Assembly: GCF_963921235.1 (NCBI RefSeq) | Contig: NC_086097.1 | Span: 108,688,001-108,752,000 of the forward strand | Source of the DNA: Mobula hypostoma | Lineage: Eukaryota | Reading direction: 5' to 3' | DNA length: 64,000 nucleotides | In this document: positions 49,952-64,000 of the stretch, piece after piece | Position numbering within the stretch: position 1 is the stretch's first letter | How the letters are laid out: each line of letters starts with the position of its first letter | The notes under the pieces: generated by a model | What the model was told of the DNA's origin: nothing | The model's database searches: none | The model's input: only the letters and a program-made list of their open reading frames with translations | Translations under genes and position numbers: made by a program

Positions 49952-52134
49952 CTCTATCCTTTTTAAAGCACTGAAATCCAGGAATATTGAGAATCCATTC
50001 CTGCCCTGGTGCCAGCCAAATCTCTGTAATGGCCACTACATCATAATTCCATGTATGTATCCAAGCTCTCAGTTCATCACCTTTGTTCCTGATGCTTCTT
50101 GCATTGAGGTACACACATTTCTACCTTACTGTCTTTACCCTGTTTATTCTGCTTCTCTTTCCTCAAAGCCTCTCAGTATGTTAGATCTGGCTTTACTCCA
50201 TGCACTTCTTTCACTGCTCTATCGCTCTGGGTCCCATCCCCCTCGCAAATTAGTTTAAACCCTCCCGAACCATGCTAGCAAAACCATGCAGGCCCTGATT
50301 CATTAAGCCATTGGTCAGTTAATCAACCTTAAATCCAATTAATCCAAATGGGCATGGTCTAGATAAACGATCTTGACCTGAAACTTCCTCAGGTGCTTGT
50401 TGAACTATTGAGTTCCTCAGCATCTTGTTTTTTTGTACAAGAATCCAGGATATTAATTCTGCTGGTGTCCCATGACTAACCAAATGGTCTGAATTTTGTG
50501 TCACGTGTAGAGGACACACAATCATGAGAAAATCTGCAATCCTGGAAATCTCCCCTCCCCGCACCTTCTTACTCTCTCATCTCATCTCTTTTTTCCCCAA
50601 TCCTGAGGGCAGGTCTCTGCCCAAAATGTTGACTGCTTAATCTTTTCATAGATGCTGCCTGACCTGCTGAGTTCTGCCAGCATCTTGTATGTGTAGAGGA
50701 CTGTCGGTTTGTCACTGATCTCTGAAATAAATTGAAATCTAGTTTGGAAATGTTTTCTCCAGGAAGTGCCAGAAGGAATCCTTCCTGCCAAGGTAGCTTA
50801 AGTTTCATCTACAAAAACAAACTGACAAACCCACACTCCTAAAGTAGCCAACAGGCAAAGCTGTGAATCACAACATGATCTAACAGCACTGAAGTAGCAA
50901 AAGAAACAAAAACATTGACCATCACCTATCATTTGTTTTCAAATACAATGTGGGTGACATGCATGTTAGCAGAGGCACGTACTCACTAGTTACAAGGGTC
51001 CAGAGCTCTGTGTCCATCTCTATTAGAAAGACAACTTCTTAACAACTGCTGAGAAAAGGAGCTGCAAGCGGGTGGCTATTGCAGTTACTCTGACCATACC
51101 GAGGCAATTGAATTCATACTTTCAAGCAAAACTCTCTTCCGATCAACTTATCTGCTGGATACAAATGGACCCTTCCTGACTGTTGTATTTTAACTGTTAT
51201 GCTCAGTCTGGTATAGGAAGGGTTTCATTAAGTTGGAAAGGGTGATGAAAATATTCATGTAAATGTTACCAGGATTAGAGGGTATAAATTTTAAAGAGAC
51301 TGGGTAGGCTGGCAGCACAAAAGACTGAGGTATGACCTTATGGAGGTATACAAAAACATAGGGAACACAGATAAAGTAAATGGCCATATCTTCTCCCCAC
51401 ACCCCCCCACCCCCAGGGTAGGGGATTTTTAAACTCAAGTACATAAATTTAAGGTGAGAAGGGTAAGATTTGAAAGGGATCTGAGGGATAATTTTTTTTG
51501 TACAAAGGGTAGTGGGTATTTAAAATGAGCTGCCCTTTTCCATCCCACCCACTGCCCATCATCTGTTCTGCTTGAGGCACTGAGAAACTGCACATGCCTC
51601 CCATTATGCGGTGCGCTCTTCACCATGATCAGACTATCGATGTAGTTAACACTATTCTGGGAATCTAAATGCAAACTTTTGTCACCTTGGTTCAGTCCAC
51701 ATTTGAGATTCTGTCACATTAACTCACCAAATTCCCCCTACCCCTACCATCCTCTTCCTACTCTGACTTTTCTGTCTTGGCCACCTCCACCTTCCACCAA
51801 AGCTCAACAGAACAGAGATCATGGAACAGGCCCTTTGGTCACAATGTATGTGCTGTGTTGTTAAATTAAATTAATTCCCACCCCCCCCCCACCACCACCA
51901 CCACCATCTGCACATGATCTATATCCTGCCATTTTCTGCCTACCTATCTGAAAGTTGCATGAATGCCATCTACTTCCACTACTACCCTAGAAGCCCATTT
52001 CAGGATGACCACTTCTGAACCTTGTATGCTTTCAGTAACACTTTTTACACTAAAATCTTCTCTGTATAAAAAAAAACTTGCTCAGCACATCCTCTTTACC
52101 TTCTAGTATTCAACATTTCTACTCTGGGGGAACT

Positions 52135-52750
52135 AAATAGCTGGCTGTCTACCCTGTCTGTGCCGGTCCAGTGTGTTGGGACTGCTGGTGCTACAGGTTA
52201 TATACTGATGGTAATTGAGCAGAGTTTTCTTCAAACGAGCCTGGTTGAATTCCCCAACTACGATTTCAAATGTATTGGGATGGACTATTTCTTGTTTGGA
52301 GACAGCATTATGCAGTAACTCATGCGCTTGATTATAGTCTGCAATCATGATCACAGATGAGAACTCCCAAGTGAATAGAATGGATGGCAGTAGACAGTTA
52401 GCTGTTTAAGGTCAGGGGAACACAAGTTTGACAAAACTGCCACATCTGAGCACAGGCAAGAATTTACCATGAAATTTGTCTTTTCCAAATCAGCATTTTG
52501 GTCCATCCTGTAAATCGCGAAGCCTTCAAGTCTGATCACTGTATCAGGCATGCTGCGGCTAAGCCATATCTCAGGCAGACATAGAACATAACAATCTCTC
52601 ATTTCCCTCCGATACATCAATCTTGCCCCTGATTTTGTTTTCCAGTGACTGCACACTTGCTAACAAAATGTTGGATAGAAGGGGTTTCATTCCTTTGTGT
52701 GCACCTGTGTTTAACAGGCCATACAACCCACCACATCCAAACTGACCAGT
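52135..52750 (-). mobile_element. Rex1/Babar endonuclease fragment
   Basis: ILLASVQSLENK, DCYVLCL.E.WL and GEFNQARLK motifs. Confidence 0.7.
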
Positions 52751-53315
52751 GAGCACCCATCCATATTATCCCCATCTTCTAGTACATGACCCATAGTCTT
52801 CAATGCCTAGCCTACTCCAATGCTTGTCTCAACAGTTTTTAATTCATGTCAGTGACTTGACTTCTGCAACTCTCTCAGGCAGTGTATTCATGGTACATTT
52901 CACTCTCTGGTAACAAGGCTCCCCTCAGATCCCATCTAAATTGCTGATGCCTAAGTAAATGTCTCTGTTACCTTGTGTCCGAAATGAGGAAAAATTTCCG
53001 GCAGTCAATCTTTTCTATGTCCTTCATAATTTTATATATCAATCATGACCCTCTTTACTTCCTTTGCTCCAAAAGAAACAGACCCAGCTTCTTCAGTCTC
53101 TCCTTATGAATGAAACTCTTCCTTCCAGGCTTCATCTTGGTGAATATCCTCTGCACCCTCATATATTTTCTAATGTGTGGTGACCAGAACTGCTTGCAGT
53201 ATTCCAGTTGAGTCTGATCCATGGTTTATTTATTAAAGGCCAGCATCCTATTTGCTCCTTAACCACATTACTAATCTTTGCTGTCACCTTCAAGGATCTT
53301 CAGACCTTTAGAATA

Positions 53316-55002
53316 CAGGTGTCCCCCGCTTTTCAAACGTTCACTTTATGAAACCTCACTGTTACGAAAGATCTACATTAGTTCCCTGTTTTCGCTAACA
53401 GAAGGTGTTTTCACTGTTACGAAAAAAGGCAGCGCGCAGGAAAAGCAACGCGTGAAAAAAAGCAGCCGCTCTCCCCCGGATTCGGAACTGCATTCTAGCC
53501 GGCATTGCTTAAACACTTGCCTGCAAGCATCCGTTAACAAGATGAGTTCTAAGGTCTCGGAAAAACCTAAAAGAGCTCGTAAGGGTGTTACACTTAACAT
53601 AAAACTAGACAACTAGACATAACTAAGCATTTCGATCGTGGTGAACAAAGTAAGGACAAAATGAGTTTGGCTTGTGCAAGTTGATGATGATGATATTGAA
53701 GAGGTTTTGGCATCCCATGACCAAAAACTGATAGATGAAGAGCTGATGCAATTGGAAGAGGAAAGGATAACAATCGAAACCGAATGCAGCAGCGAACGGA
53801 CCGAAAATGAAGTTGTCCAGGAACTGAACGTGAAGCAACTGCGTGAGATTTTCGCTGCAATGATAAAGTACAACTTTAATTTTGAAAGGATACGTCGGTT
53901 TAGGGCATATTTGCAGGATGGTTTGAGTGCTTACAAAGAACTGTATGATAGAAAAATGCGCGAGGCTAAGTAGTCAAGCATACTGTCGTTTTTCAAGCCT
54001 TCCACATCAGCCACAGCAGACGACGAACCTCGACCTTCGACATCGAGGCGGGCAGTCATAGGAGAAGATGAGCTGCCTGCCCTAATGGAAATAGATGACG
54101 AGATGACACCCCAGTGTCCCACCACTCCACCCCCCGGCACCGGACAGATACCAATTCGCGGAGAATGCAGCGTTAGCCGGGAGGTACGCAGCACATCTTT
54201 AAGAAAAAAGCCGAAATAAACAAGCTAATTAATTAGGTGCCGCTCAGCACGTAAATTTCGGCCCAGATCAGAGGTGATGCAATCAGCAATCGCCTCTGAT
54301 CTGGGCCAACAATTATGTGCCGGGTGGCACCTAATTAATTAGCTTGTTTATTTTGGCTTTTTTCTTAAAGATGTGCTGTGTGCCTCCCGGCTACCACTGT
54401 ACCCCTGCATGCCTTGCAGATCGGTATCGGTTTGCTGCCCAGAGGGTGGGGGCCACTGCACCACCCTGACCTCCGACGACTCAGCCTAACACACAATCAT
54501 CACTGTGCTCGGCGCTGTCCCAATTCCGGTCAGTGATACTACACTGTACATACATTATTTCTAATTTATATCGGCTGTGTATTTTTACATATTATTTGGT
54601 ATGATTTGGCAGCTTCATAGCTTAAAGGTTACTGGAGAAAGTGTTTTTGCCAACAGCACTTGAGTGAGATTTTCTGTCAAGAGCGCTTGTGCCGTGTTTT
54701 TGCCGAGAGCGCTTGCGTGAGATTTTCGCTAAGGAGAACAGTGCAGGCAATGATTGTGGAAAAGTATTTCTACTCTATATAGGCTGTGTATTTATCATAT
54801 CATTCCTGCTTTTACTATACTTTACTGTTATTTTAGGTTTTATGTGTAATTTGGCATGATTTGGTAGGTTATTTTTGGGTCTGCGAACGCTCACAAATTT
54901 TTCCCATATAAATAAATGGTAATTGCTTCTTCGCTTTACGACATTCCGGCTTACGAACTGTTTCATAGGAACAGTCTACCTTCGGATGGCGGGGAAAACC
55001 TG
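53316..55002 (+). mobile_element. Internally deleted Tigger/pogo DNA transposon
   Basis: Imperfect TIRs CAGGTGTCCCCCGC / GCGGGGAAAACCTG and TA TSD. N-terminus MSSKVSEKPKRARKGVTLNIKLD is fused to an acidic C-terminus DDDDIEEVLASH...QSSILSFF-like. DDE core absent. Confidence 0.85.
54174..54393. repeat. ~105-bp-arm inverted repeat inside the Tigger element
   Basis: 54174-54278 is the reverse complement of 54289-54393, with mostly transition mismatches. Confidence 0.9.
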
Positions 55003-55861
55003 TATAGAGCACAACAGCAACGAAACAGGTCTGGTATAGCCCATCTAGTCTCTATCAGCCTGGTTCTCTGCCCAGTCCCAGTAACCTGCACCTGGACCAT
55101 AGTCCTCTATACTACTCCCATCCCTGTACCTATCCAAAATTCTTTTAAAGATAAAAATTGAACTCACGTATACCACTTCAGCTGGCAGCTCATTCCACAT
55201 GAGCACTAGCTTCTGATTGAACTTCCCAGTCCAATTCCCATTAAATGTTTCACTTTTCATCCTAGTCTCACCCAACCTGAGGCGGAAAAAAGCCAACAAG
55301 CATCCACCCAATCTGTACCCTGCAATTTAATATACTGCACCTCTATAAGATCTTCCCTTATTCTCCTGCCCTCTAGTGATTGAAGTCTTAACCTCTTCAA
55401 TCTCTCTGTATAACTCTGGCCCTCAAGTTCTTCTGATAACAAAGTAACCAAAACTGTACATTATTTTGTACAACTGCACCACAGGGCCTATTTCTACCCC
55501 AGACAACTCTATAGCTCTAATTTTGTAGATCCTTGAGATCCATTTTTCAGTCCCCTAAATACAAGCTAAACTGACTCAATCTCTCCTCATGCATCCTTCC
55601 TGCCATCCCAGCAATCTCTCGGCATCATGGTTATACAATTAGTGTTTTTGGAGAGCTTGTGTACAAACTGACAGGCCTGTGTACATCTATATTACAATAC
55701 TTCAAAAAGTATTTCAGTAGCTGAAAGGCACTTCAAAACTTCTCCAGCTTACAGTTATGGCAGGTACAAAATAAATGATGCTCTCTCTAATAAAAGGAAA
55801 ATAGTCTAAGTAAACTATTCTCAAAATGATTAACAGAAACCAAGCAGTGCGGAGTTTGCGT

Positions 55862-60016
<4,155 letters not shown>

Positions 60017-60369
60017 GCGTATCGATATCAGATATAACCAAAAGCTTATGTACCCTCATTTTTATGGTACATCTGTTTTGAGCAGTGGAATGGAGCCATA
60101 GAATTGGCACAAAGAAAAACAGATAGCACATATTGGGGGATATGTTGGGGGATATTGGGGGATCTTATTCACACGGTCCCTTCTGAACCTTGTATGCTTT
60201 CCTTTCAACTTTTGCAGTAGAAATACCAGACTCCTGATCACATTAGATCAAACAAAATCAACGAAAGGTCTAACCAGGTGATATTACGATATAGAACCCA
60301 CAACAGTACAGCATCATACAGGGTCTTTGGTATCTGTACAGGGTCATCTGGTATGGTATGTGGGGGGGG

Positions 60370-62170
60370 GGGTGCTACTGCACAAAACTGAAAGAGGCTA
60401 CAGAAAGTTGTAAAATTAGTCAGCTCCTAGCCTCTGTAGTATTGAACACATCTTCTTCAAGGAGCGGTGCCTCAGAAAGGCGGTGTCCATTATTAAGGAT
60501 CCCCATCACCCAGGACATGCCCTCTTCTCATTGTTACCATCAAGTAGGAGGTACAGAAGCCTGAAGGCACACACTCAGCAATTCAGGAACAGTTTCTTCC
60601 CCTCTGCCATCCGATTCCTAAATGGACATTGAACCCATGAACACTACCTCACTTTAAAAAAAATATTATTTCTGTGCTGCAGTATTTTTAATCTAACTAC
60701 TTAATATACACATATACTTACTGTAATTGATTTACTTATTTACATTCGTAAACACATGCAAGCAGTCTTTGATTAGTTCCTGCCTTTTCAAATAATCATT
60801 AATCTTATCCTTCAGACATTTTGTTCGGTGGCTTCTCTATTACCACTGTGGTGAAGTGCTTTGAGAGATTCGTGATGAAATATATCAACTCCTGCCTGAA
60901 GAATTACTTGGATCTATTTCAATTTACCTACAGGTCAACAGCTGGCTCTTCCCTCAATCCTGGACCATTCTAGACCGTGATCAATCCCATCATCCCCTCA
61001 AAACTAATCAATAAACTCCAAGATCTTGGCTGCAACACCTCCCTAAGTAATTGCATCCTCTATTTCCTCACTTACAGACCCCAGTCAGTTTAGATTGGAA
61101 ACACCATCTCCTCAACAATCTCCTTCAGCACAGGCGCATTAGGGTGCTGTGTGCTTAACCCTCTATTTTAATCACTTTGATACTTATGACTGTGAGGCTA
61201 AGCACAGCTCCAATGCCATATTCATGTTTGCTGACTGTCATAGGCAGAATAAAGATGGTGAAGGATCAGCATATAGGAGGGAGACTGAAAATCTGGCAAA
61301 TGGTGCCACAACGACAACCTCTCACTCAACATCAAAAACAAAGAACTGATTATTGACTACAGAACGAGGAAACTGGAGTCAATCGGGGGATCAGAGGTGG
61401 AGAGAGTCAGCAACTTTAAATTCATTGATGTTATCATTTCTGAGAATCTGTCCTGATTCCAGCACGCAAGTGCCAATACAAAGAAGGCTAACTTTCTTAG
61501 AAGTCAACAAAAATTCGGTATGTCATCGAAAACTTCGACAAACTTCTATAGATGTGCAGTGGAAAGTATACTGACTGGCTGCATCACAGCCTGATATGGG
61601 AACATCGATGCCCTTGAATGGAAAACCTACAAAAAGTAGTGGATACAGCCCAGTCTATTACTGATAAAGCCCTCTCCACCACTGAGATTATCTCCAAGGG
61701 GTACAGTCACAGGAAAGCATCATCCATCATCAAGGACCCCCATCATCCAGGCCGTGCTCTCTTCTCCCTGCTGCCATCCAGTAGGTGATGTAAGAGCCTC
61801 GAAACCCCTACCACCAGGGTTTAGAAACAGTTATTTACCCTCAGCCATTAGGCTCTTGAACCAGAGGCGATAACCTTACTCAACTTGACTCACCCCAACA
61901 CTGAACTGGGCCCACAACCTATGGACTTTTCATCTCATGTTCTCTATATTTATTGCTTATTTATTTATTATTTATGTATATGTACAGTTTGCTGTGATTT
62001 TCACATTAGCCATCTGCTGTGTGCCGTTTTTCATTGATTCAATTCTGTCTCTTTGCTGTCTTTGTATATACTATGAAGACCCACAAGAAAATAAATCTCA
62101 GGGTAGTATATGGTGACATATGCTGTATGTACTTTGATGAATAAATTTACTTTGAATTTTTGAACTTTGA
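60370..62170 (+). mobile_element. Two Rex1/Babar LINE 3' fragments (about 60370-60740 and 60820-62170)
   Basis: KCFERFVMK, SAYRRETENL and NFYRCAVESILTGCITA motifs. TTTGAA-type tail. Confidence 0.75.
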
Positions 62171-62459
62171 TTTATTACCAATATTAGACTCACAGGTCTG
62201 TAATTACCATGTTTGCCCTTACCTTTAAACAAGCCTTTGACCTCAAAGATTGAATTCAACCCTAACTGAAATTTGCCACCTTATAATCCAAGGCCCCAAC
62301 CTATCTCTGATCTGGCATACTATGATTGCACCCTACACATTTCCCTGTCCCACTGGAGGTCCTGATTTAAATCATATTAATTGGAGTCTATTGGCAGTCT
62401 AAACCATGGTAGATCACTGACGTGGATTACTACAATACTTAAATATAGATGACAAACAA

Positions 62460-63316
62460 CAATGGACCCAGCACCTATTCCCGCAGTACACCACTGGTCA
62501 CAGGCCTCCTTTCAGAAAGCCAACTATCTACCACCATTCTCTGGGTTCTCCCATGAATCCAGCTATTTCACCCTGAATGCCAAATGACTGAACCTCACAG
62601 ACCAACCTCCCATGTGGGATTTTGCCAAAGGCCTTGCAAAGTCCATGTAGCCAACATCCACTACCCTTCCTTCATCAACTTTCCTGTAACTTAAATGAAA
62701 AACTCCATAAGATTGATTACTCACAACCTACCATGCACAAAGCAACATTAACAACCACTAATCAGACCCTGTCTATCCAAATACTTATAGATCTATACCC
62801 TTAGAATATCTTCCAATAATTTACCCACAACTAATGTCAGGCTCATTAGCCCATAATTTCCTGGCTTACACTTGAAACCTACCTTGAATGATGGAACCAC
62901 GTTGGCTATCCTCCAATCTTCTGGCATCTCACCTCTGGCCGTGGATGTTTTAAATATCTCTGCCAGAGCCCCTGCAGTTTCTGCACTAGCCTTTCACATT
63001 TTCTGAGGGGACACCTTGTCAGGCCCTGGGGGGCTTATCTACCATAATTTGTCCCAAGACAGCAGATACCTCTTCTTCTGTAATCCATGACCTCGCTACT
63101 GTTTTGCTCTGTCAGATACACTGTGTCGGTCTCCCAAGTAAATACAGATGCAAAAAATCCGTTTAAGATCTCCTCCACCTCTTTCAGCTCTATGCATAGA
63201 TGACCACACTGATCATCAAGTGGAGCAATTTTGTCCCTTACTATCCTTTTGTATCCGTAGATGCTCTTGGGAATCTCCTTCACCTTGTTAGACAGAACAA
63301 TCTCATGCCTTCTTTT
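62460..63316 (-). mobile_element. Degenerate CR1 RT fragment
   Basis: EILNGFFASVFT and NYGLMSL-like motifs. Confidence 0.7.
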
Positions 63317-63319
63317 CAC

Positions 63320-64000
63320 GGAACAAGTGCTACACATGCCCTTACACTTCCTCCCTTACCACCATTCAGGGCCACAGACAGTCCTTCCAGGTGAGGCGAA
63401 ACTTCACCTGTGAGTCGTCTGGGGTGATATACTGCGTCCGGTGCTCCCGATGTGGCCTTCTATATATTGGCGAGACCCGACACAGACCTGGGAGATCGTT
63501 TCGCTGAAAACCTACGCTCTGTCCGCCAGAGAAAGCAGGATCTCCCAGTGGCCACACATTTTAATTCCACGTCCCATTCCCATTCTGATATGTCTATCCA
63601 CGGGCTCCTCTACTGTAAAGATGAAGCCACACTCAGGTTGGAGGAACAACACCTTATATTCCATCTGGGTAGCCTCCAACTTGATGGCATGAACATTGGC
63701 TTCTCTAACTTCTGCTAATGCCCCACCTCCCCCTCGTACCCCATCTGTTATTTATTTATGTACACACATTCTTTCTCTCTCTCTCCTTTTTCTCCCTCTA
63801 TCCCTCTGACTATACCCCTTGCCCATCCTCTGGGTTTCCCCCCCTCCCCCTTTTCCTTCTCCCTGGGCCTCCTGTCCCATGACCCTCTCATGTCCTTTTT
63901 GCCAATCACCTGTCCAGCTCTTGGCTCCATCCCTCCCCCTCCTGTCTTCTCCTATCATTTTGGATCTCCCCCTCCCCCTGCCACCTTCAAATCTCTTACT
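63320..64000 (+). mobile_element. Penelope-like 3' fragment (GIY-YIG plus pLTR), runs off the window end
   Basis: Highly similar to 7815-8480, with one frameshift in the endonuclease. Confidence 0.9.

Larger units (their letters stand above)
43800..50290 (-). mobile_element. Outer CR1 LINE (nearly complete ORF2 with a few lesions), split by an inner CR1
   Basis: APE start YLNARSIRNK (50114) continues after the inner element as GGGVALLVR...YRPP...SDH, then RT and 3' UTR. Confidence 0.92.

Noticed and set aside
50960..51190. Possible alternative first exon (ATG...|gtgagt on the minus strand)
   Set aside because: A phase-1 donor is incompatible with the phase-0 acceptor of exon A, and there is no promoter evidence.
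55680..55790. Possible ancient Deu-domain SINE tail
   Set aside because: The resemblance (TTCAAAAAGTATTTCA..GCTG.AAGGCACTT) is short and too degenerate to support without a profile search.

Overview
Eukaryotic, extremely repeat-rich DNA, most likely from a cartilaginous fish (ray or shark). This is inferred from the CR1/HER1-type LINEs with (ATAGAAAC)n tails, Penelope-like elements and Rex1/Babar LINEs. The window lies inside one host gene on the minus strand. Six phase-compatible coding exons (882 nt, 294 aa) match, from my recollection of the human protein, the central/C-terminal RGS-domain region of RGS22, and one intron uses a GC donor. The rest is intronic and mostly nested transposable elements: young and old CR1 copies (one with an intact ~1000-aa ORF2), Rex1/Babar, RTE and HERO-type fragments, Penelope GIY-YIG fragments, an internally deleted Gmr1-like Gypsy element with both LTRs, two solo LTRs and Tigger/pogo DNA transposons. 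The most interesting signals are RNA structures carried by small non-autonomous elements. One is an HDV-like ribozyme fold with an unusual hairpin inserted in L3, starting exactly at the 5' end of a TSD-flanked RTE-like element. The other is an intact minimal hammerhead in a 189-bp TSD-flanked Penelope-LTR-derived element. All family assignments come from motif recognition, with no database search. Boundaries of old repeats are approximate.
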